Made by a program: the position numbers and the translations under genes. 64,000 bases of DNA, from contig CAINGK010000128.1 of NCBI GenBank assembly GCA_903848465.1, positions 6,270 to 70,269 of the forward strand. Direction: 5' to 3'. Of this stretch, positions 26,937 to 35,415 are shown piece after piece. The notes under the pieces are model-generated. The model made no database searches, was not told the DNA's origin, and saw only the letters and a list, made by a program, of their open reading frames with translations. This DNA comes from an uncultured Verrucomicrobiota bacterium (GTDB lineage Bacteria; Verrucomicrobiota; Verrucomicrobiia; Verrucomicrobiales; Verrucomicrobiaceae). Position 1 is the stretch's first letter. Each line of letters opens with the position of its first letter.

Positions 26937-28277
26937 TCACACCAGCTCTGACATCGGCAGGTGCCCATCGACGAGATACTGGGGTCTGCCGGTGAGATCG
27001 GTGAGGGTGGCTTTCGTCACGTCGATGCCCATTTGCTTGTAAAGCGTGGCGAAGACTTCGCCAAAGGCGACGGGGCGTTCGGTGGGTTCACCGGCCAGTT
27101 TGTCGGTGGCACCGATGACCTGACCGTGACGCATGCCGCCGCAGGCGAGGAGTGCGGAAGCGACACGCGGCCAATGGTCGCGGCCACCTTTGGCATTGAT
27201 CATCGGCGTGCGGCCAAATTCACCCCACACGACGACGGAGACATCCTTGTCCAGGCCACGCTCATGCAGATCGGTAATGAGCGCGGTGAGTCCGCTGTCG
27301 AGCAGCGGCAGGTCTTCGCGAAGCTGCTTGAAGTTGTCGGAATGGTAGTCCCAGCGGCTGAAGGCGAGCGTGACGACACGCGCGCCAGCTTCCACCAGAC
27401 GACGTGCGGCGAGAAAGTGCTCAGGCAGACGCGGACCGCCGTCGTCGCGATTGCGGTTTTCGCCCTTGCCGTAGCGCTCGACGACACGCGGATCTTCGCG
27501 GCTCAAATCGAGGGCGTGAATCAATTTCGGACTCGTGAGCACGTTGAGCGCCTGCTCATTGAACACATCCACCCCACCCATGAGACCGGTGGCATCGAGA
27601 TCGCGCCGCAGAACGTCAAAACTGGAAAGCAGCGACTTGCGATCCCGCAAACGATCAAGCGTGATGCCATGAAGTGACATGTCATCTGTGCCGCTGCCAC
27701 GGTTTGCTTGGAACGGCGCATGAGCGACACCGAGAAAGCCCGGCTCACCTGTGCGCGCCCACTCCATGTGACCCATCTTGGGCGCGAGACCGACGAACGG
27801 TGGCATGGCAGGATTGGTGCTGCCCTGCAAACGCGAGACGATGGATCCGAGCGAGGGCCAGCCGCCGGGAGGCTGCTGCTTGGAGTTGCGACCCGTGAGG
27901 CACTGAAAGGCATCGTGGCGCGTATCGCAATCCGCCATGGAGCGGATGAGGGTACACTTGTCCATCATTTTGGCGAGACGCGGAAGATGCTCGCAGATCT
28001 GGATGCCGGGGACGTTGGTGGAGATCGGTTTGAACTCGCCGCGAATCTCGCTCGGTGCGTCCGGCTTCATGTCGAACATGTCCTGATGCGACGGCCCACC
28101 GGGCAAGAAGATCATGATCACCGCCTTGTGCGACTTGCCAGTCTTTTGCACAGACTCGGCGCGCAGCACATCATTCAACGACAGGCCGCCCATGGCGAGC
28201 CCGCCGATCTTGAGGAAATTTCGGCGTGACACACCATCGCAATAGCCGCCGCTGGGATGGGAGTAGAGGTTGAGCAT
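26937..28277 (-). CDS. DUF1501 protein (sulfatase/alkaline-phosphatase-superfamily-like, TAT signal)
   Basis: SRRNFLKIGGLAMGG twin-arginine region. FGRTP...GRDHW C-terminal motifs. Start placed at the ATG at 28277 (the ORF-track start at 28295 is TTG). Confidence 0.85.
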   Translation of the reverse strand: MLNLYSHPSGGYCDGVSRRNFLKIGGLAMGGLSLNDVLRAESVQKTGKSHKAVIMIFLPGGPSHQDMFDMKPDAPSEIRGEFKPISTNVPGIQICEHLPRLAKMMDKCTLIRSMADCDTRHDAFQCLTGRNSKQQPPGGWPSLGSIVSRLQGSTNPAMPPFVGLAPKMGHMEWARTGEPGFLGVAHAPFQANRGSGTDDMSLHGITLDRLRDRKSLLSSFDVLRRDLDATGLMGGVDVFNEQALNVLTSPKLIHALDLSREDPRVVERYGKGENRNRDDGGPRLPEHFLAARRLVEAGARVVTLAFSRWDYHSDNFKQLREDLPLLDSGLTALITDLHERGLDKDVSVVVWGEFGRTPMINAKGGRDHWPRVASALLACGGMRHGQVIGATDKLAGEPTERPVAFGEVFATLYKQMGIDVTKATLTDLTGRPQYLVDGHLPMSELV

Positions 28278-28332
28278 GGTGGTTGGTTGAGGCAACTAAA
28301 CCTACGGGGCCATGCGCGTCCCTCTTGCCAAA

Positions 28333-29778
28333 TCAAATCAACCCACCAATCGGCGACCCCATGTACAGCGTATGCGGGCGACCAGTGAAGTCCTTCCAGA
28401 GCGTTTCGCGTGGCAGGCCGAGGGCTTCATAAATCGTCGCGGCGAGGTTTTCAGGCGTTTGCGCATCGCTGGCAGGATAGCCACCGATTTTGTCAGTGGA
28501 GCCAATGACGCGCCCCCCTTTAATGCCACCGCCAGCGAGCAGGATGCTTTGTGCATGGCCCCAGTGGTCACGACCTGGCAGAGCGGTGGCAGAGATGCTC
28601 TTGATTTTGGGCGTGCGGCCAAACTCGCCGCCCATGACGATGAGGGTCTCATCCAACTGACCGCTGGCGTCGAGGTCTTCGAGCAGGGCGCTCACGGCCT
28701 GATCCATCGGCGGGAGGAGGTAATTTTTGAGATTGCCCCATGCGGCCTGATGCGTGTCCCAGGTCTCGTTGTTGCCAAGGTTCACCTGCACCATGCGCAC
28801 ACCGCTTTGCACGAGCCTGCGCGCCATGAGCAGCGACCAGCCGAAGCTGTTGCGGCCGTAGCGGTCGAGCATCTTGGGATCGACCTTTTCCAAACTGAAG
28901 GCGTCATGCACCTTGCGGTTGCTCAGAAGGCCGATGGCCGCCTGTCGGGTGGAATCAAAGGCTTCATCGCCGGCCAGTGCGGTGAGATCGTTGGTTTGCT
29001 GCTCCAATGAATTGCGCAGCGAAACGCGGTCCATCACGCGGTCCATGGTGAGCCCCTGCGGCAGCGAGAGATGCGGAGCCTGGAAGAGCAGCGTGGGATC
29101 GGTTTCAAAGCCGCGCTCGTGATGGAACAGGTATTTCGGATAGGCGCCGTAGTGCTTCGGATGGTAGGGCGACATCTCCAAAAACCATGGATCATGCTGC
29201 GCGCCGAGAGTGCCTGCAAACTGCCCGGCGAGGGTGCGACCTTCGCGATGCACGAGTTTGTCCGGCAAAACGATGGCGGGAGGCAGGTTGTCTTTGCGCT
29301 TGGGCAGGAGAGCGGTAGCAAGCGCGGCCATGCTGGGATGATCGGATTTTTTCGGCTTTGATGGATCAAACCCCAGCGGCGCGTCACTGCGGCCCGTGAG
29401 CATGATGTGATGGCCCAGGTAGTGATCCGCGCTGCCATGCGTGAGCGAACGTACCAGTGACCATTTTTCCGAAATGCGTGCGAGATTGGGCAGGTGCTCG
29501 CAAATGTGCAGGCCGGGGGTGCGGGTGCGGATGGGCTTGAACTCGCCACGGATTTCCATGGGGGCATCCGGCTTCATGTCGAAGCTCTCGTGCTGCGCGA
29601 GGCCGCCGGAGAGGAAGATGTAGATCACCGATTTTGCGCGCGCCGGTTGCGTGGCCGCCGTCATGGCCTGTAGGGCACTGAGGTGATTCATGCCGAGTCC
29701 CAGCAAGCCGACTGCGCCAGCCTGAATCACTTCACGGCGGGAAACGGGATGCGCTGGATGCGGCAATGACATACGCAT
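28333..29778 (-). CDS. DUF1501 protein (divergent paralogue, TAT signal)
   Basis: SRREVIQAGAVGLLGLG. GGEFGRTPK...GRDHW. Confidence 0.85.
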   Translation of the reverse strand: MRMSLPHPAHPVSRREVIQAGAVGLLGLGMNHLSALQAMTAATQPARAKSVIYIFLSGGLAQHESFDMKPDAPMEIRGEFKPIRTRTPGLHICEHLPNLARISEKWSLVRSLTHGSADHYLGHHIMLTGRSDAPLGFDPSKPKKSDHPSMAALATALLPKRKDNLPPAIVLPDKLVHREGRTLAGQFAGTLGAQHDPWFLEMSPYHPKHYGAYPKYLFHHERGFETDPTLLFQAPHLSLPQGLTMDRVMDRVSLRNSLEQQTNDLTALAGDEAFDSTRQAAIGLLSNRKVHDAFSLEKVDPKMLDRYGRNSFGWSLLMARRLVQSGVRMVQVNLGNNETWDTHQAAWGNLKNYLLPPMDQAVSALLEDLDASGQLDETLIVMGGEFGRTPKIKSISATALPGRDHWGHAQSILLAGGGIKGGRVIGSTDKIGGYPASDAQTPENLAATIYEALGLPRETLWKDFTGRPHTLYMGSPIGGLI

Positions 29779-29817
29779 TGAAGTACGCCGCCCAGATACA
29801 AAGCCTTTCTGGAAGGC

Positions 29818-30000
29818 CTACTTCCGGTTCCAGGCACCTAGCTTGACCTTGTAGTCAGCGGCGGCTGAAGCGGAGGTAGATTTGAGTCGCAAAATTTTAG
29901 TCACCACAATCGCTCCATCCTCAATCACCACGCGCAGATCGGCTTCATCCCCTTCTTTGAAGGCCAACCCCTCAGGAATGGTGGTTTTGATTGGATACAT
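29818..30000 (-). CDS. 60-aa AbrB/MazE/SpoVT-like small protein (tentative)
   Basis: ATG at 29998-30000. IPEGLAFKEGDEADLRVVIEDGAIVVTKI resembles the swapped-hairpin IPkelr..lgl.eGD.v.i...dg.i.i pattern. Sits between two DUF1501 genes. Confidence 0.4.
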   Translation of the reverse strand: MYPIKTTIPEGLAFKEGDEADLRVVIEDGAIVVTKILRLKSTSASAAADYKVKLGAWNRK

Positions 30001-30048
30001 AGAGCAAATGTAATGCCGGAAGAAGGCACAGGCAAGCCACCTTCAAAC

Positions 30049-31410
30049 TCAAATCAGCTCCGGCATTGGCTGCCAGCCATCGACAAGGTACTGTGGACGT
30101 CCGGTCAAATCATTGAGCGTGGTCTTCACGGTGTCGATGCCCATGTGCTTGTAGAGCGTGGCGAAGACTTCGCCGAAATGCACGGGACGTTCGGTGGCTT
30201 CGCCGCCGAGTCGGTCCGTGGCACCGATGACCTGACCTGTGCGCAGGCCACCGCCCGCGAGCAAAGCACCGCCGACGCGTGGCCAGTGGTCACGACCACC
30301 GTCTTTGTTCACCATCGGAGTGCGGCCAAACTCACCCCAGGCGACGACGGCGACGTCTTTGTCGAGGCCACGTTCGTGCAGATCTTCAACGAGGGCGCTC
30401 ATGCCTTGATCGAAGAGCGGCAGGTGGCGCAGGAGTTGTGGGTAATTGTTGTCGTGGAAGTCCCAGCGGCCAAAATTCAGCGTCACCACGCGGGCACCGG
30501 CTTCGACCAGACGGCGGGCGAGCAGGAAGTGTTCGAGATTGAGTGGGGCACCGTCGCCGTAGTTTTTGGGATCACCCTTGCCGTAGCGTTCACGGGTTTT
30601 GACGCTCTCATGGTTCAAATCGAGCGCGGTGAGGAGCTTGCTGGAGGTCAGCACATTCAGCGCCTGTTGATTGAAGGCGTCCATGCTGCCGACGAGGCCG
30701 CTGGCATCAAGTTCGCGGCGGAATTTGTCAAAGCCGGTAAGGAGGGAGCGGCGGTCTTCCAGGCGGTCGAGCGTGATGCCATTGAGCTGGAGATCTTCCA
30801 TGCCTGCGCCGTTCGGACGGAAGGCGGCATGCGTGTTGCCGCAGTAGCCGGGGTGTCCTGGCGATCCATAGGGCGGATGACCGGCCTTCGGGGCGAGGCC
30901 GATGAATGAGGGAAGCGCCGGATCAGCCTGACCTTTGAGGCGTGAGACGACGGAGCCGAAGGATGGCGGATCGGAAAGGCGGCCCACCGGGGCACCGCCA
31001 CCATTGGGTGGAGGTGGCTTGCCGGTGTAGCAGATGAAACTGTCGTGCGCGCCGTTCGGAGAGCCGTACATGCTGCGAATCGGCACCAGCTTGTCCATGA
31101 TCTTGGCGAGACGGGGAGCGTGCTCGGAGATGTGGATGCCGGGGACGGCGGTCTTGATGGGTTTGTAGGGGCCGCGGATCTCCAGCGGTGCGTCCATCTT
31201 CAAATCATACATGTCCTGATGCGGCGGCGCGCCACACATGTAGATCATGATCACGGATTTGAAGCTGCGCCCCGTGCGTGCCTCCGCCTCGGCTTTCAGC
31301 AACTCCGGCAAGGACAGCCCGCCCATGGCGAGACCGCCGATGCGCAGGAAGTCGCGACGCGAGACGCCGTCGCAGAACTTGCCGTGGGATTTACCAGAAA
31401 GGGTGAGCAT
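30049..31410 (-). CDS. DUF1501 protein (close paralogue of 26937-28277, TAT signal)
   Basis: SRRDFLRIGGLAMGG. Collinear similarity to the 452-aa paralogue along the full length. GEFGRTP...GRDHW. Confidence 0.85.
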   Translation of the reverse strand: MLTLSGKSHGKFCDGVSRRDFLRIGGLAMGGLSLPELLKAEAEARTGRSFKSVIMIYMCGAPPHQDMYDLKMDAPLEIRGPYKPIKTAVPGIHISEHAPRLAKIMDKLVPIRSMYGSPNGAHDSFICYTGKPPPPNGGGAPVGRLSDPPSFGSVVSRLKGQADPALPSFIGLAPKAGHPPYGSPGHPGYCGNTHAAFRPNGAGMEDLQLNGITLDRLEDRRSLLTGFDKFRRELDASGLVGSMDAFNQQALNVLTSSKLLTALDLNHESVKTRERYGKGDPKNYGDGAPLNLEHFLLARRLVEAGARVVTLNFGRWDFHDNNYPQLLRHLPLFDQGMSALVEDLHERGLDKDVAVVAWGEFGRTPMVNKDGGRDHWPRVGGALLAGGGLRTGQVIGATDRLGGEATERPVHFGEVFATLYKHMGIDTVKTTLNDLTGRPQYLVDGWQPMPELI

Positions 31411-31476
31411 GAATGGGGTCCAAAATAAGCACCCAATGTGCCGGAACTATCATCAAACCTGCGTTATGTGCCGACC

Positions 31477-32487
31477 ATGCTTCGCCCGCTGCTCTGTTTC
31501 ATGTCACTCGCTTTCACTGTCTCCGCCGCCGATTTTCAATGGTCGTCACTGCCTGCTCTGCCCGATGCACGAGGTTTCGCCGGTTCTTTTGCCGGAGTGG
31601 TGGATGGCAGGCTGATGGTAGCAGGCGGCACGCATTTCATCGACAAAATGCCCTGGGAGGGCGGCACGAAGGCTTGGTATGACACACTCTTCGCGCTGGA
31701 AAAGCCGGACGGCATCTGGCGGGTGGTGGGAAAACTGCCCCAGCCCAATGGCTACGGGGTGAGCATCACGACTGCCGCTGGCTGGATCATCCTCGGCGGG
31801 GGCAATGCGACGAAGCACTTCCGCGAGGTGTTCTGGGTGCAAAAAGCGGACAAACTGCCGCCGCTGCCGCAGCCCTGCGCCTTCATGTGCGGCTGCGAAC
31901 TCGGTGGCGTCATCTACATTTCTGGGGGCATCGAAACCCCGACGGCCACGAGCGCCCTGAGCACTTTTTGGTCGCTCGATTTGAAACAATCCGGGGCGAC
32001 ATGGCAGGTGCTGCCCCCCTGCCCCGGTAAGCCGCGCATCCTGGGCTGCATCGCTGCTGTGGATGGCGTGGTACACCTGTTCAGCGGCGCGGCGCTGCAT
32101 GCGGACAAGGATGGGAAGCCCGAGCGCGAATGGCTGAATGATGCATGGGCCTACCAACCCGCCACCGGGTGGAAAAAACTGCCCGACATGCCGCGGGTGG
32201 CCGTGGCGGCACCCAATCCTGCTCCCGTGATTGGGACCAAGATTTACATCCTCGGCGGTGATGATGGCGCGAATGTCCACTTTGAGCCCAAGGAGAAACA
32301 TCCCGGCTTCCCTCGCTCGATTCTGGTCTTTGACGTGAAGACGCAAACTTGGAGCGAGCCGGGCGAGGTGCCCTTTTCGCTCGTCACGACCAATGCGGTG
32401 CGTTGGAGAGATCAAATCGTGATCCCCGGCGGTGAAGCACGCCCCGGAGTCAGATCACCCCAGGTCTGGAGCGGGGTGATGAAGTGA
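31477..32487 (+). CDS. secreted Kelch-repeat beta-propeller (NanM / cyclically permuted mutarotase-like)
   Basis: Signal peptide starts at the ATG at 31477 (MLRPLLCFMSLAFTVSAA). Repeated GG..(I/V)Y(I/V).GG and W..LP.P patterns. Confidence 0.6.
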   Translation: MLRPLLCFMSLAFTVSAADFQWSSLPALPDARGFAGSFAGVVDGRLMVAGGTHFIDKMPWEGGTKAWYDTLFALEKPDGIWRVVGKLPQPNGYGVSITTAAGWIILGGGNATKHFREVFWVQKADKLPPLPQPCAFMCGCELGGVIYISGGIETPTATSALSTFWSLDLKQSGATWQVLPPCPGKPRILGCIAAVDGVVHLFSGAALHADKDGKPEREWLNDAWAYQPATGWKKLPDMPRVAVAAPNPAPVIGTKIYILGGDDGANVHFEPKEKHPGFPRSILVFDVKTQTWSEPGEVPFSLVTTNAVRWRDQIVIPGGEARPGVRSPQVWSGVMK

Positions 32488-32523
32488 CTTGCAACTCCCC
32501 CCGACGGCCTCCACAGCTTGACG

Positions 32524-33252
32524 ATGAGTCGTAGTATCTTGATCACCGGCGCGAATGGAGCGCTGGGCCTTGCCATCGCCGAATTCTTCCTGACAAGGGA
32601 GGAAAGCTGCCATGTGTTTCTCGGCGTACGGGAGCGGCGGGAGCGGGCACAGGAGCTGGCTGCACGATTTTCAAGCCGCACGCATTTAGTGACACTCGAA
32701 GTCACCTCGACAGACGATTGGAAGGCAGCAGTGACCGAAATCGAAAACAAAGGCGCACCTCTCGGCGTCCTGATCAACAATGCGGGTTTCCATGAAGACG
32801 CGCTGCTGGCCAACATGCCACAGGACCAGTGGTCGCGTGTTTTGGATGCCAACCTCAACGCCGTCTTCCACGGCTGTCAGGCGGTGCTGCCAGGGATGCT
32901 GCGGGAGCGGCAGGGGCGCATTGTGAACATCGCCTCGCTCAGCGCCATTTCCTCGCCGGCGGGTCAGACCAACTACGCCGCCGCCAAGGCCGGAGTGATC
33001 GGCCTGACGCAGAGTCTGGCCAAAGAATCGGCCCGCATGGGCATCACGGTGAATGCGGTCTGCCCCGGCTACATTGAGGGGGGGCTGCCGTCCGATTGGC
33101 CCCCGGAACAGCTCAAGGCGCTCAAAATGCAGCTCCCAATGCGACGTTTTGCCAGGCCGGAGGAGATTGCAGCGGCGGTTTTCTTCCTTGCGAGCCCCGA
33201 TGCGAGCTATATCACTGGTTCGACCCTGAAAATCGACGGCGGACTGCTTTAG
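32524..33252 (+). CDS. fabG: 3-oxoacyl-ACP reductase-like short-chain dehydrogenase
   Basis: TGANGALG cofactor motif. Catalytic NYAAAKAGVIGLTQSLAKE. ITVNAVCPGYI. The ORF-track start at 32518 is TTG; the ATG at 32524 is preferred. Confidence 0.8.
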   Translation: MSRSILITGANGALGLAIAEFFLTREESCHVFLGVRERRERAQELAARFSSRTHLVTLEVTSTDDWKAAVTEIENKGAPLGVLINNAGFHEDALLANMPQDQWSRVLDANLNAVFHGCQAVLPGMLRERQGRIVNIASLSAISSPAGQTNYAAAKAGVIGLTQSLAKESARMGITVNAVCPGYIEGGLPSDWPPEQLKALKMQLPMRRFARPEEIAAAVFFLASPDASYITGSTLKIDGGLL

Positions 33253-33287
33253 CCCGCCCATAGCACCCTACGCCACGTATCCCCTGC

Positions 33288-33542
33288 ATGCCGACCCGCC
33301 AGCGCCTCAAAGAACTTATGATCAGCGAACTCATGCTCGACATGACCGCAGATGAAATCGGCGATGACACCCCGCTCTTTGGTCCCGCTGGCATCGGCCT
33401 CGACTCCGTGGACGCCCTGCAGTTGGTGGTGATGATCGAAAAGCACTTTGGCTTTAAAATGGCCGATCAGGATCAGGCGAAGCGCATTCTGCACAGCGTC
33501 AACACGATCGCCGAGGCCGTGGACCAGAAGGCAGCGGCGTGA
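33288..33542 (+). CDS. acyl carrier protein (accessory ACP)
   Basis: 84 aa. Phosphopantetheine attachment motif GLDSVDALQLV. Helical acidic ACP pattern. Confidence 0.8.
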   Translation: MPTRQRLKELMISELMLDMTADEIGDDTPLFGPAGIGLDSVDALQLVVMIEKHFGFKMADQDQAKRILHSVNTIAEAVDQKAAA

Positions 33543-33565
33543 TTTTCCTGCTCTAGCTCTGCGTT

Positions 33566-34576
33566 TTGAAACGCCTTCTCTCCATCTCCCTGCGTCTGAT
33601 CATCAGCGCTGTGCTGCTGGCGCTGCTGTTTCGGGGGCATGATCTCATCGCGGACTTCGCGCCGCGTCTGCGCGCCTTGCTGACGAACTGGCAGTGGACA
33701 CTCGCTGGAATCGCCTGTGCCTTTCTCTCGCTCTTTCTGACTGCCACCCGCTGGCACATCATTCTGCGCGGCCAGGTGCCGGATCTGCCGTTCCGCGTCG
33801 TGCTGCGCACGGAAATCGTCAGCGCCTTCTTCAACATCAGTTCCGTCGGTGTGGTGGGTGGCGACGCCTACAAGATCATGTCGCTCTCCCGCCGCCTGCC
33901 CGGGCAGGCGATGCCGATTAGTGTGGCGCTGGTGCTGGATCATCTCACCGGACTCCTCTCTGTGACCTTTCTGTTCATGGTTTGCATGCTGGCGCGGGCG
34001 GCACTCTGGCATGACCTCAGCGACGATCTGCGCATGCTCTTCGTCGGTTACGGCATTTTTCTCGGCGGTGCTCTGGCAGTCCTCGTTCTCAGTTGGGTCT
34101 CCTTTAAGCCCAGCCTGCTGGAATGGGGCAGTCGCACCTTTCCCCGTACCATGGGCCATCCCCGGCTGGCCGGTATCATCACGCGCATGACGCAGGTGCA
34201 TGCAGTCTTTGCCCTGCTCTGGCGGCGCACGCTTTCCGCCTCGCTCGTTTCCACCGGCATGCATGCGGCTTTTTTCATGAGCTTTTACTGCGGCCTGCGT
34301 GCCGTGGGCGGCGTGGCATCGGTGCTCGACGTGCTCATTGCTATGCCGATCGTCGATACTGCGGCGTCGCTCCCGCTTTCCATCTCCGGGCTGGGCGTGC
34401 GGGAGCGCACCTTCGAGGCGCTGCTCGCAGGTCTGGCCAACGTGCCTGAGGCCGTGGGCGTCTCCGCCTCCCTGGCCGGCTGGATCTTCAATTTGTTTTG
34501 GGGAGTTGTCGGCGGCATGCTGTTCTTGCGCTCCCGACATGCCGCCATCTCCACACCCAAGACGCAGTGTGCATGA
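33566..34576 (+). CDS. flippase-like / lysylphosphatidylglycerol-synthase TM-region family membrane protein (UPF0104)
   Basis: TTG start. N-terminus KRLLSISLRLIISAVLLALLF, about 8 hydrophobic segments and GGDAYK are typical of this family. Confidence 0.6.
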   Translation: MKRLLSISLRLIISAVLLALLFRGHDLIADFAPRLRALLTNWQWTLAGIACAFLSLFLTATRWHIILRGQVPDLPFRVVLRTEIVSAFFNISSVGVVGGDAYKIMSLSRRLPGQAMPISVALVLDHLTGLLSVTFLFMVCMLARAALWHDLSDDLRMLFVGYGIFLGGALAVLVLSWVSFKPSLLEWGSRTFPRTMGHPRLAGIITRMTQVHAVFALLWRRTLSASLVSTGMHAAFFMSFYCGLRAVGGVASVLDVLIAMPIVDTAASLPLSISGLGVRERTFEALLAGLANVPEAVGVSASLAGWIFNLFWGVVGGMLFLRSRHAAISTPKTQCA

Positions 34577-35415
34577 GTTCACCACCACGCATTGCCATCT
34601 CACTCGGAGCTTCTTTCATGGGCTATGCCACGCATGCGGGCTTCCTGGCGCGGCTGCATGCGCTCGGAGTGCGGCCCGTCGCTGTCTCAGGCTCTTCCGC
34701 AGGCGCCATCGCTGCTGGTTTTTACGCCGCAGGCCTGGAACAGGAAGCCATCCGTCAGGCGGTGCTCAGCCCGCATCTGTATCTGTCCTTTGCTAGACGT
34801 ACCCGCTGGCTCTGGCACCAGTTTGTGAGCAGTTTTATGCATCGTCATCCTGGCATTTTTGATCCGCGGGGAGCTGTCAACTATTTTGAATCACTCGTGG
34901 GCACCCGCAGCATTGAGTCGTTGTCGAATCCCCAATTGCTGATCGCCTTGAGTGATCTGACACGCTACGAAACGATCTTCGTCCGCGAAGGTCCACTCGC
35001 CACGGCCATGGCAGCCAGCGCCTGCGTGCCGATGCTTTTTTCACCGCTGGAGTTCGCGGGCCGCTTGTGTAATGACGGTGGTATCGCGCATGAATCGCCG
35101 GTGGATCCCTGGTTCACGGATGACGGCATTGACCACATCATCATTCACAGCGTCAACCAGCCGCCGACAAAGCCTCTGCGACTGCCCGTATTCCGCACGT
35201 TAGATACCATCGCCGCGACTTACGAAGTGATGTGTCGGCAGATTTTGGCTGATCGAATTGAACTCGCACGTCTACACGGCAAAAAACTCACCGTCATCAC
35301 GACGATGCATGCACGTCCGTCGCCGCTGTTTCCGGGACGTCTTCAGCAGTGCTATGAACAGGGGGGGGCTACGGCGCAGAAGCTTTTCGATACACAACTA
35401 TCCGGTGCGTTTTGA
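34573..35415 (+). CDS. patatin-like phospholipase
   Basis: ATGA overlap with the upstream gene. Nucleophile GSSAG. Catalytic Asp region NDGGI. Glycine-rich N-terminal loop is degenerate (SLGASFMG). Confidence 0.75.
   Translation: MSSPPRIAISLGASFMGYATHAGFLARLHALGVRPVAVSGSSAGAIAAGFYAAGLEQEAIRQAVLSPHLYLSFARRTRWLWHQFVSSFMHRHPGIFDPRGAVNYFESLVGTRSIESLSNPQLLIALSDLTRYETIFVREGPLATAMAASACVPMLFSPLEFAGRLCNDGGIAHESPVDPWFTDDGIDHIIIHSVNQPPTKPLRLPVFRTLDTIAATYEVMCRQILADRIELARLHGKKLTVITTMHARPSPLFPGRLQQCYEQGGATAQKLFDTQLSGAF

Noticed and set aside
29818-30000. Toxin-antitoxin interpretation of the AbrB/MazE-like ORF
   Set aside because: No adjacent toxin-sized ORF of any recognisable family (MazF, PIN, etc.) is present. 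Both flanks are DUF1501 genes.
33473-34603. Minus-strand ORF of 376 aa opposite the flippase-like membrane protein and ACP genes
   Set aside because: It is a highly charged, Arg/His/Gln-rich sequence with no motif. The plus-strand frames give a coherent ACP and a polytopic membrane protein with ATGA coupling.
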